Origin: Longimicrobiales bacterium
GTDB lineage: Bacteria > Gemmatimonadota > Gemmatimonadetes > Longimicrobiales > Gaopeijiaceae
DNA: 64,000 nucleotides
Reading direction: 5' to 3'
Assembly: GCA_965249725.1 (NCBI GenBank)
Contig: OZ252251.1
Coordinates: 384,001-448,000, forward strand
Below, in pieces: positions 48,545 to 57,787 of the stretch. A program made the translations under genes and the position numbers. Each line of letters opens with the position of its first letter. The stretch's first letter is position 1. The notes under the pieces are model-generated. The model ran no database searches, was not told where the DNA came from, and saw only the letters and a list, made by a program, of their open reading frames with translations.

Positions 48545-48545
48545 C

Positions 48546-50897
48546 CTACATCCGGAAGAGGTAGCTCAGCTTCATGAAGAACCCGTCACCCGTACGCTCC
48601 AGGTCGTCGAAGTGGAACGAGTCCTCTTCGGTAATGCTGCTGCCGTACCCCGCGAAGATCACGGTCCCGGGGCTGGGTTCGTATGAGAAAAGCGCGTCGA
48701 GGCGGAGGTCGTTGTCGGTGAAGCCCAGCGCGCGTTCGAGTTCCCCTTGATCGTTGCGAATGTAGATGGCGGCCTCCGTCCTGGACTGGTCGTGGAGGTC
48801 GTCGATGTTGGTGGCCCGGTACTGCCCCACGAAGCGGAAAAAGATCGCCCGGGTGAGCTGGTACTCCAACTTGAGGCGCGGAATGTCGACCTTCCGTTCC
48901 GCACTCCAATCGTCCGGACGGTAGCCTCTCTGGCTGACCAACCTACCCTCGATGCGGAGCTGATCGGTGGGTCGCCATGTCGCTTGTAGCGTCAGGAAAC
49001 TGATGTAGGCCGAGGCCCACTCGTTGAAGTTCTCGTCCTGACCCCCAATCCAGGAGAAGCTGCCTGTGAAGCGTGAGGAGCTGGGCGTGTTCAGCCTGAG
49101 GGAGATCAGGTAGTTCTGAAGCTCCGGCGTTCCCACGTAAGGCTCGTACACCGTTCCGGTGGGCGTCTGCAGCTCCACGAAGTAGTCCGTGTAGAGGGTC
49201 GCCGGGTAGTAGAATTCCTCGATCAAGACAGACACTCCGAGCCGCCATCCTCCACGGAACACGAAGTTGTTCGCGTATGTGAACCGTATGGCGTCGTCGA
49301 CGCTCCCCCCATTCAAGAAGGTCTCGTACAGCCACGTGTAGGACAGATTGAGGCTCGGCCGATACTGCTCCACCAGTGCCCCTTCGTTACCGTAGAAGGT
49401 GAGGCTGGTCGAGCCCCCGATGCGGACGGTGCCCGAGCGTCGCACGAAGCCGCTCCCGAGGGCCAGATCGTCGTCGTAGGCGGTGAAGCTGGTGTTGAAA
49501 CCGAACCTGCGCCCCGAGCGCCGCAAGCTCACGTCCCACATGTAGGCGTCGTCCGTCTGCCCGTCCTTCCGGTCGAGGGTCACGCCTCCCTGTGCCTGGA
49601 AGTCGTAGTTACCGCCCAGAATGATTCGGCTGTCGATGCCGATCACCCGGTTGTAGTCGGACCCTTCGATCCGGTCGGTGTAGGCGAGCCCGATCGTGGA
49701 CTCGTCTCCGAGGTTGCGCTTGATGCGGAGGATGTTGAAGACGGGGTTGTCCAAGCCGGTCTCAGAGAGCGCCTTGTCGTCTACGGCGGTGAGAAACCCC
49801 ACCTCGGTCCCGGAGATCTTTCCGGTCAGCTTGGCCGCCGCCACGGGGTTCGCGACGCTGCGCGTGTGGATCAGGTTGTTGGGCGTCTGGAAGCTCTCGC
49901 TGCCCTCGAGAAAGAACGGGCGCTTCTCGGGAAAGAAGATGGAGCGTTGCGGGTTGAAGTCGGTCTGTCCGACGTCGGCTTCCACCTGAGAGAAGTCCGG
50001 GTTCACGGTACCGGTCAACGTCAGGTTCCGGGTCAGCCCCCACCGCACGGTACCGCCGAACTCCGGCGTTGATGCGTCGTAGTCCCACCCGGCGTCGGTC
50101 GAGGCTCCCGCCACAGAGCTCGTCACCACCGGGTTGATGTCGAGCACGAGACCCCGATCCATTCCCTGCAGTCCCTTTAGGGTGCCGCTCTGGGCGAGAA
50201 AGGAGGAACGGCCCTGTACTGCCTGTGTCCAGGTCTGGTCCCTGCCGGAGTGCTGGACCCGGCGGATGACGTTGAGTCCCCAGTCCTGGGTCTCTGCCGG
50301 CTGGAAGGAGAGGCTCTTGAAGGGGATGCGCACCTCGACGGCATATCCGTAGTCGGTGACGCGGCCTCGTGAGTCGAATAGATAGTCCGGCGCCAGATCC
50401 ACGGGGCCGGTCGCGGGTCTCGTGGAGCTCGTGGAGCGTTGCGCGCCTCGCTCCACCCGAATGCCGTCAGCCTGCACCCCGAGGGGGTTCACGCCGAAGA
50501 CCAAGGCGCGGCGGCCGTCGTTGAACGGATCGATCAGAAGCTGCAGATGATCGTCGTTCTGGATGTTGTCCCTATCTGCCAACGTCGCATTGACGGCACC
50601 GTGAGGTTCGAAGGCACGGATGCCGAAGTGGATGGCAACAGAGGAGTACCAGACGAGCACCTCGGTCCGGTCGTCCGCGGGCACCCCGTCCATGGGCTGG
50701 TATTGAGAGAAGCCCGTAAGAACGGCTGCCCCGCTCCACACTTCTTCGTCGAGACTCCCATCCACCAGTATCTGCGCTTCGATCCGAGGCGTCGCCACGT
50801 CGAGTTGCGATCGCACACCCTCGTAGGTCTGTGACGCAGCGACCTGGTTCGCAGGACCGGAAGCGACCTGGAGTACAGCGAGTAAGGAGAGAAGCAC
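48546..50897 (-). CDS. CBM9-like + DUF5916 outer-membrane protein
   Basis: VDGSLDEEVW, EVRIPFKSL, NPDFSQVEAD, FFPEKRPFFLEG, C-terminus GFFMKLSYLFRM. Confidence 0.9.
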   Translation of the reverse strand: MLLSLLAVLQVASGPANQVAASQTYEGVRSQLDVATPRIEAQILVDGSLDEEVWSGAAVLTGFSQYQPMDGVPADDRTEVLVWYSSVAIHFGIRAFEPHGAVNATLADRDNIQNDDHLQLLIDPFNDGRRALVFGVNPLGVQADGIRVERGAQRSTSSTRPATGPVDLAPDYLFDSRGRVTDYGYAVEVRIPFKSLSFQPAETQDWGLNVIRRVQHSGRDQTWTQAVQGRSSFLAQSGTLKGLQGMDRGLVLDINPVVTSSVAGASTDAGWDYDASTPEFGGTVRWGLTRNLTLTGTVNPDFSQVEADVGQTDFNPQRSIFFPEKRPFFLEGSESFQTPNNLIHTRSVANPVAAAKLTGKISGTEVGFLTAVDDKALSETGLDNPVFNILRIKRNLGDESTIGLAYTDRIEGSDYNRVIGIDSRIILGGNYDFQAQGGVTLDRKDGQTDDAYMWDVSLRRSGRRFGFNTSFTAYDDDLALGSGFVRRSGTVRIGGSTSLTFYGNEGALVEQYRPSLNLSYTWLYETFLNGGSVDDAIRFTYANNFVFRGGWRLGVSVLIEEFYYPATLYTDYFVELQTPTGTVYEPYVGTPELQNYLISLRLNTPSSSRFTGSFSWIGGQDENFNEWASAYISFLTLQATWRPTDQLRIEGRLVSQRGYRPDDWSAERKVDIPRLKLEYQLTRAIFFRFVGQYRATNIDDLHDQSRTEAAIYIRNDQGELERALGFTDNDLRLDALFSYEPSPGTVIFAGYGSSITEEDSFHFDDLERTGDGFFMKLSYLFRM

Positions 50898-50909
50898 GTG
50901 AAGGAGGCT

Positions 50910-53309
50910 CTACATCCTCAAGAGGTAGCTCAGCTTGACGAAGAACCCGTCGCTCGTGCGCTCCAGGCGCTCGAAACGGAAGGAGTCCTCTTCGGTCAGG
51001 CTGCTTCCGTATCCGACGAAGATCACGGTTCCGGGACTGGGCTCGAATGAGAAGAGGCCGTCGACCCGGAAGTCGTTCCTCGTCCACCCGAGCGCGGGCT
51101 CGTAGACCCCGTCGTGGTTCCTGACCAGGATGGGGTCCTCGGTCCGCGTATCGTCGCGAAGGTCGTCGACGTTGGTAGCGTCGTACTGGCCCACGAACCG
51201 GAAGAAGATCGCCCGGGTGAGCTGGTACTCGATCTTGAGTCGGGGCAAGTCACGGATTCGGAGAGTGCTTCTGTCGACCGTGCGCAGGTATTGCTGGCGA
51301 ACGAAGCTGCCTTCCATACGGAGTTGGTCCGTCGGACGCCAAACCAGGGTGTTGCGCCAAAGGAATAGATAGCCGGGGGCCCACTCGTCGTAGTTCACAT
51401 CCTGGCCGATGAGGAGTGACGTGCTGCCGCTGAAGTGCTGTGACTGCGGCAGAGTCAGGCCGAGGCTCAAGTTGTAGGTCGCGATCTTCGGCACGCCAAC
51501 GTATGGAGTGATCTCGGTTCCCGTCGCCGTGACACTCTCGGTGGCGTAGTCGTCGTACAGTTCGTGAGGGTAGAACACCTCTTCCGTGATGAGCGACGCC
51601 CGCACTGCCCAACCACCCCGGAGCGTCAGGTCACCACCGACGATCGCCCGCCAGAACTCGTCGAGGCCTCCACCTGCCAGAAACGTCTCGTGTCGCCAGT
51701 TCGTATCCAGGCTGACGCGCCCCGAGTACCGCTCCACCTTGGCGCCGGGCTGGCCGTAGCCCGTGAGGCTCGTGCTCCCCCGGAGCTGTACGATGCCTAC
51801 CCGGCTGAGGAATCCGCTGCCGGCCACGAGTTCGTCGTCCAGACCCTTGAAGGCGAGATTCCACCCGAACTGTCGGCCCCGTCGAGCGAGGCTCAGGTCC
51901 CACAAGTGACCGTCGGTGACTCCACCGTCGGTGCGGTCGAAGCTCATGGCTCCCTGCATCCGGAGATCGTAGATACCGCCGAACACGAACCGGGTGTCCG
52001 CGCTGGCCAGTCGGTTATAGTCGGAGCCCTCTATACGGTCGGTGTAGGCGAACCCCACCGTGGATTGGTCGCCCACATCCCGTTTGACGCGGACCAGATT
52101 GTAGATGGGGTAGTCCTCGCCGTTCGCCGACAGCGCCTGATCGTCCGCTGCCGCAAGAACGGCCAATTCCGTGCCCCCGATTTTGCCCGTGAACTTGGTC
52201 GCAGCCACCGGGCTCGAGACACGGCGCGTGTAGATCAGACGATTCGGTGTCTGGAAATACTCACCCCCTTCCAGGAAGAACGGGCGCTTCTCCGCGAAGA
52301 AGACCGCGCGTCTCGGGTCGTACTGCGTCTGCCCCTGATCGGCCTCGACCTGAGAGAAGTCCGGGTTGATGGTGCCGTTCATGGTCAGATTGCTGGTCAG
52401 TCCCCAGCGGATGTTGCCGCCGAACTCGGGGTCTTGAGCGTCGTACTCCCACCCGGCGGTCTCGGCCCCTCCGTTGATGGCACTGGTGACCACGGGATTG
52501 ATGTCGAGGACGAGACCCCGCTCGAAGCCGGAGAGGTCATGCAGGGTCCCGCCCTGGGCAAGGAAGGATGCTCTGCCCACCAGTGCGGGCGTCCACGTCT
52601 GCTCGTGACCGGAGTGCTGAACCCGACGGATGACGTTGATCCCCCAGCTCTGCGTCGCCTCGGATTGAAAGGAGAGGCTCTTGAATGGGATGCGCACCTC
52701 GACCTCGTACCCGTACTCGGTGAGGCGTCCTCTGGATTCGTACAGAAAGTCCTGGCTCAGATCGACCGGGTCCCGACCTCGGGTCGAGCTGGTGACCCGG
52801 GTCGTAGTGCGCTGTTCGACCCGCGACCCATCCGATTGGACCCCGAAGGGGTTCACCCCGAAAACGATAGCGCTGCGACCGTCGTTGAAGGTGTCGAGGA
52901 GGAGCTGAATGTGATCGTCGCTCTCGATCTTGTCGCGGTCGGCCAGGCTCGCGTTCGGCGGGCCGTGCGGCTCGAACGCGCGGATGCCGAAGTGAATAGC
53001 ATCGGGCGAGTACCAGATCAGCACCTCGGTGTTGTCGTCGGCCGGGAGTCCGTCCACGGGCTTGTACTGTGAAAAGCCGGTGAGAATGGCCGCGTCCGCC
53101 CAAGGAGCGTCGTCCAGGACGCCGTCCACCTCGATCGATGTTGCCAGCCGGGGCACAACCACGTCCAGCTGGCCTAGGGTGCCGCTATAGGTTTCGGCCA
53201 GGGAGGCCGCGGAAGCGGCGTTGGCGGAGGGAGGAGGACTCGGTGGTTCGGTCGTGCCGCCCGATACTCCAGTTGCTACCTGCAGCAGTGCCAACAACGG
53301 TACGAGCAT
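50910..53309 (-). CDS. CBM9-like + DUF5916 outer-membrane protein
   Basis: Same motifs as its neighbours; C-terminus GFFVKLSYLLRM. Confidence 0.9.
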   Translation of the reverse strand: MLVPLLALLQVATGVSGGTTEPPSPPPSANAASAASLAETYSGTLGQLDVVVPRLATSIEVDGVLDDAPWADAAILTGFSQYKPVDGLPADDNTEVLIWYSPDAIHFGIRAFEPHGPPNASLADRDKIESDDHIQLLLDTFNDGRSAIVFGVNPFGVQSDGSRVEQRTTTRVTSSTRGRDPVDLSQDFLYESRGRLTEYGYEVEVRIPFKSLSFQSEATQSWGINVIRRVQHSGHEQTWTPALVGRASFLAQGGTLHDLSGFERGLVLDINPVVTSAINGGAETAGWEYDAQDPEFGGNIRWGLTSNLTMNGTINPDFSQVEADQGQTQYDPRRAVFFAEKRPFFLEGGEYFQTPNRLIYTRRVSSPVAATKFTGKIGGTELAVLAAADDQALSANGEDYPIYNLVRVKRDVGDQSTVGFAYTDRIEGSDYNRLASADTRFVFGGIYDLRMQGAMSFDRTDGGVTDGHLWDLSLARRGRQFGWNLAFKGLDDELVAGSGFLSRVGIVQLRGSTSLTGYGQPGAKVERYSGRVSLDTNWRHETFLAGGGLDEFWRAIVGGDLTLRGGWAVRASLITEEVFYPHELYDDYATESVTATGTEITPYVGVPKIATYNLSLGLTLPQSQHFSGSTSLLIGQDVNYDEWAPGYLFLWRNTLVWRPTDQLRMEGSFVRQQYLRTVDRSTLRIRDLPRLKIEYQLTRAIFFRFVGQYDATNVDDLRDDTRTEDPILVRNHDGVYEPALGWTRNDFRVDGLFSFEPSPGTVIFVGYGSSLTEEDSFRFERLERTSDGFFVKLSYLLRM

Positions 53310-53377
53310 CCACGAACTCCCCTGAGCCTACGAAGGGAGAGCGTCACCCCCCGACAGCGTGTGTATGGCCAACTGCG

Positions 53378-53409
53378 CAATGTGCCACCCAAATGACACG
53401 TTTGTCAGG
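53378..53409 (-). promoter_or_regulatory. Candidate sigma70-like promoter with a palindrome overlapping -35
   Basis: CTGACA-18 nt-CACATT on the minus strand, with palindrome TGACA-N4-TGTCA at 53394-53407. Confidence 0.35.
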
Positions 53410-53417
53410 TGGAACGT

Positions 53418-55847
53418 TTACCGGATGGCGCCGCAACTCTCAGCCGGGACTCCGTTCTCTACATCCTCAACAGGTAGCTCAGCTTCATGAAGAAGCCGTC
53501 GTTCTCGCGCTGCAGGTCGTGAGACGACCGGACCGATGAACTTGAACGAATTCTGCTCGGTGAGGCTGCTCCCGTACCCCGCGAAGATCACGGTACCTGG
53601 GTTGGGCTCGAAGGAGAAGAGCGCGTCGAAGCGGAAGTCGTTGTCGGTCCGAGCCAGCACGCGCTCGTAGCCACCGTTACCGTCGGGCACGACGATGGGG
53701 TCGTTCGTACGTGTGTCGTCGCGAAGGTCGTCGACCCGGCTAGCATCGTATTGGCCCACGAATCGGAAGAAGATGGCCCTCGTGAGCTGGTACTCGAGCT
53801 TGAGGCGCGGGATGTCGCGCACGCGCACGGTGCTGCGATCGGTCTTCCGGATGTACTGCTGCCGGGTGAAGCTCGCCTCGGCCCGGATCTGGTCCGAGGG
53901 CCGGAATACCACATTGCCCGTCCCCAGCCAGATGTATCCGGAGGCCCACTCGTCGAAGTTCTCGTCCTGGCCGAAGACGGCGAACGCGTTGGCACTGAAC
54001 CGTGTCGAGTTAGGCGTGCGCACCGTCAGTACCAGATCGTAGTTGTCCAAGGTGGGCTCACCCACGAACGGAACGATCTCAGTGCCCGTCGCGGTCTGCG
54101 TCTCGATCGAATAGTCGCTGTAGAGTTCGGCGGGGTAGTAGAAGCGTTCGATGAGGAGTGACAGACCCAGACTCCAGCCGCCCCGCAGCGTGAAGTCGTT
54201 TCCGAACGTGTACTTCAGCCAATTGTCCGGTCCGCCGCCGTTCATGAAGGTCTGATGGAGCCAACTGAACTCCATCGTCATGCGTGCGTTGTACCTCTCG
54301 AGGAAGGCGCCTGCGTCTCCGAAACGTGTCAGGCTGGGGCCACCCCGTGCGGTGACCGTCCCCACCCGACCGAGGAACCCACTCCCGGCGATCAGGTCGT
54401 CCGAGAAGCCCTTGAACGACATGTTGAAGCCGAACTCACGGCCCTGCCGCCTGAGGCTCACATCCCACAGATGCCCCTGCTGCTTGACCGACGAGGTGCG
54501 ATCGAAACTCAGAGCGCCTTGCATCTGAACGTCGTAGATGCCCCCGAATACGATGCGGGTATCGGCGCTGGCGAGCCGGTTGTAGTCGGAGCCCTCGACC
54601 CGGTCGGTATAAGCGATTCCCAGTGTGGACTCATCGCCGATATCCCGCTTCACCCTGAGGATGTTGAAGATCGGGTTGCTCCCACTGTCCGCCAGGTCCT
54701 CGTCCACGGCCGAGAGGAAGGCCAACTCTGTGCCGGACACCTTGCCCGTGAACTTCGCCGCGCCGTGGGGACTCACGATCCGCCGGGTGTAGATGAGCCG
54801 GTTCGGCGTTTGGAAGTTCTCGCTCCGCTCCAGGAAGAACGGGCGCTTCTCGGGAAAGAAGACGGCGCTTCGCGGATCGAACTGGGTCTGTCCCGCGTCG
54901 GCCTCGACCTGGGAGAAATCCGGCTTGACCGTGCCGTTCATGGTCAGGTTGCTGGTGACCCCCCAGCGCACGTTGCCGCCGAGCTCGGGGGTGTTCGCGT
55001 CATAGTCCCACCCTACGGTGTTGGGCGTTCCGGCCACAGCCGCGGTCAATACCGGGTTGATGTCCAAAACCAAAGCCCGGTCGAAGCCACTGAGGTCGTG
55101 GATGGTGCCACTCTGAGCCAGGAAGGACGCTCTGCCCTGCTGAACCCGCGTCCAGGTTTGCTCCCGACCCGAGTGCTGGACCCGCCGAATGACGTTGATT
55201 CCCCAACTCTGTGTGCCGTCGGACTGAAAGGAGAGGCTCTTGAACGGGACACGCATCTCGATCTCGTATCCGTAGTCCGTCAGGCGCCCCTTGGTCTCGT
55301 AGAGGAAGTCCGGACTCAGGTCGACCGGGTCGCTACTGCCCCGTCGGAGAAGGCTTCCGCGTTGAACCCCTCGGTCGACGCGCGACCCATCGGACTGCAC
55401 TCCGAGAGGATTGACACCGAACACGGTGGCCGTCCGACCGTCGTCGTAGGTGTCGAGCAGAATCTGGATGTGATCGTCGTTCTCGATCTTGTCTCGGTCG
55501 GCCAGGGTCGAGTTGACCTCGCCGTGGGGCTCGAAGGCCCGGATGCCGAAATGGATCGCCGTGGGCGAGTACCAAACCAGGACTTCGGTGTTTTCCACGG
55601 CTGCGACGCCATCCACCGGGCGATACTGGGAGAATCCCGTCAGCACGGAGGCGTCGGACCAGGCGGCCTCGTTCAGGACACCGTCGATCTGGACCGCGAC
55701 TTCGAGGCGCGGCACGGTGACGTCCAACTCGCCGTCCACGCCGCTGTAGACGATGGTCGCTGCGGTCGTCTCTTCGGCGCCCGTATTCGAGGACTTCTGG
55801 GCGGTGGCGGGAGCCACCTGAAGTAGAGCCAGAAGGGGGACGAGCAT
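53418..55847 (-). pseudogene. CBM9-like + DUF5916 protein with a C-terminal frameshift (16-nt insertion)
   Basis: The conserved tail HDLQRENDGFFMKLSYLLRM* (stop at 53459) is in a shifted frame after an insertion at about 53522-53537. Confidence 0.78.
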
Positions 55848-55925
55848 GTACCGGGACTCCCATACCGAGGAACTGAGCCGGAGATCTACGGATCTGTCCC
55901 GAGATCTATCCGACGGTCAGCCTCA

Positions 55926-55956
55926 AATATCGCATGTGACCGGACACCGTGTCAGG
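55926..55956 (-). promoter_or_regulatory. Candidate sigma70-like promoter with a palindrome overlapping -35
   Basis: CTGACA-18 nt-GATATT on the minus strand, with palindrome GACAC-N-GTGTC at 55943-55953. Confidence 0.35.
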
Positions 55957-55968
55957 GCAGGGGCCGAT

Positions 55969-56183
55969 TTACTCCTCCCGCAGCACTACGGCAGGGTCGA
56001 TTCGAGTGGCGCGTCGCGCCGGAATGTAGGCCGCGAGCAGAGCCACCCCCATGAGAATGCCAGAGACCGCAAGCAGCGTGACCGGCTCCGTGGCACCGAT
56101 CCCGAACAGCAGACTCTGGTGAAGCCCGGACGCCTGGCGAGCGTGCGGAAGACGTACTTCAGGTCTTGGACCAGGGTGTCCAT
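55969..56183 (-). pseudogene. ADOP/MacB-type ABC permease remnant (large internal deletion)
   Basis: GGAGG RBS and N-terminus MDTLVQDLKYVFRTLARRPGFT are joined out of frame to the C-terminus SLLFGIGATEPVT..AAYIPARRATRIDPAVVLREE. Confidence 0.88.
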
Positions 56184-56298
56184 GGAGCCCCTCCAAACTG
56201 TCTAACGGGTCGAAGGGGCACTTCACCTCTCTCACCACGTCCGGCCCCTGTTACTGCTTAGATAGGACGGCGGCTGGGCCCGAAAGGTTGGGCCCGCC

Positions 56299-57561
56299 TC
56301 AGACTTGGGCCTCGGCCTCGCTTCGCCCGACGTAAGCCACGCACACCAGGTCCCCCAGCACGTTCACCGTGGTGCGCAGCATGTCCAGAATACGGTCGAC
56401 GCCCACGACCAACGCGATTCCCGCCGCCGCCTGGGGCCCCAGGCCTATCGCGTTCAGAACGATCAGCGTAGTGACCAAGGAGCTTCCGGGCACACCGGCC
56501 CCGGCTAAGGCGGCGAGGGTCGCCGTGAGGATGATCGTCACGAGTTCGCCGAACCCGAGTGTGAGGCCGTAAACCTGGGCAATGAATACGGTCGTAAGCG
56601 CCTTGTAGAGCGCGCCGCCATTCATGTTCAGCGTCGCCCCCAACGGAAGTACGAAGCCGGCCACCTCGTTGGACACACCGAGCTTCTCTCGGGCCACATC
56701 GATGCTGACGGGCAGCACCGCGTTCGACGACGAGGTCGAGAACGCGAGGAGCGGCGCTTCGGCGACTGCTCTCAAGAAGGCCAGCGGGCTCTGACGGGCC
56801 AACGTACGGACCGCGGTCCCGAGCACCACGCTGGCATGGATAAACAAAGCGATCGCCATCAGCGCGGAGTAGAAGAGCAGGCTCTGGAGGAGTTCCCAGC
56901 CGAAGCGCGCGACGACGGAGGCGATCAGAGCGAACACGGCATAGGGCGCGAGCTTCATGACCCAGTGGATCACGACCATACAGAGCCCGTTGACCGCGTC
57001 GAAGAAGCCTACGACCGCAGCGCGCCGCTCTGGCTCGATCACGGTCGCGGCAGCGCCGAAGATGAGCGTCGCGATGATCAAGGGCAGCAGATCCATGTCG
57101 GCGGCGGCCGAGAACGGGTTTCGTGGGATCATTTCCACGAGAATCTGGGTGAGCCCCGGGGCCGTCTCCGCGTTCGACGCCGCGGACGACGTGCGTTCTC
57201 CCTGGAATTCCGCCGCCAGCGCGTCGCGCACCGCGGGATCCATCGCCTCTCCGGGGCTGAACGCGAGTCCAAAGCCGAGGCCGATGAGGGCGGCAATCAC
57301 GGTCGTGACGAGGAAGAACACGAGGGTCTTCCGCCCGATACGGCCCAGCTTGCGGACGTCGCCGAGCGAGGCCGCCCCCACGAACAGGCTGGCCACGACC
57401 AGGGGCACGACCACCATCGTGATCAGCCGGATGAACGCATCGCCGAGGGGTTGGATCGAGATGAGCGTGACCCCGAGCCACTCGATCTCGAGGAGTTGAG
57501 CGGCGATACCGGCCACGGCTCCTGCAACGAGCCCCACGAGGATCTGCGTGCGGAGTTGCAT
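56299..57561 (-). CDS. Dicarboxylate/amino acid:cation symporter (GltP/DAACS)
   Basis: AFSTSSSNAVLP, LPLGATLNMNG, AGVPG, VDRILDMLRTTVNV. Confidence 0.95.
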   Translation of the reverse strand: MQLRTQILVGLVAGAVAGIAAQLLEIEWLGVTLISIQPLGDAFIRLITMVVVPLVVASLFVGAASLGDVRKLGRIGRKTLVFFLVTTVIAALIGLGFGLAFSPGEAMDPAVRDALAAEFQGERTSSAASNAETAPGLTQILVEMIPRNPFSAAADMDLLPLIIATLIFGAAATVIEPERRAAVVGFFDAVNGLCMVVIHWVMKLAPYAVFALIASVVARFGWELLQSLLFYSALMAIALFIHASVVLGTAVRTLARQSPLAFLRAVAEAPLLAFSTSSSNAVLPVSIDVAREKLGVSNEVAGFVLPLGATLNMNGGALYKALTTVFIAQVYGLTLGFGELVTIILTATLAALAGAGVPGSSLVTTLIVLNAIGLGPQAAAGIALVVGVDRILDMLRTTVNVLGDLVCVAYVGRSEAEAQV

Positions 57562-57787
57562 GGGCGTTCAGCTCTGCCTGCTGAGGGTGATCGGGCGCCG
57601 CTCGATTCGTCCTGAGGGGTCTCGCGTTCCCGCGGGCGTGGAAACCGGGGTGCGGGCAATATACGGGCGGCCGGTCGGCGGGGAGAGGGGTGGGACCGGT
57701 GCCCGACGGTGGCATTGCACAGCGCCCACACCGCGCCCACGATACCATCCAGATGCGATTCACGACCCGGTAGAGGGGAAGAGTACC

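Noticed and set aside
46304..55847. Diversity-generating retroelement or recombinational shuffling among the DUF5916 paralogs
   Set aside because: There is no reverse transcriptase or recombinase, and the differences look like ordinary divergence rather than adenine-specific changes.
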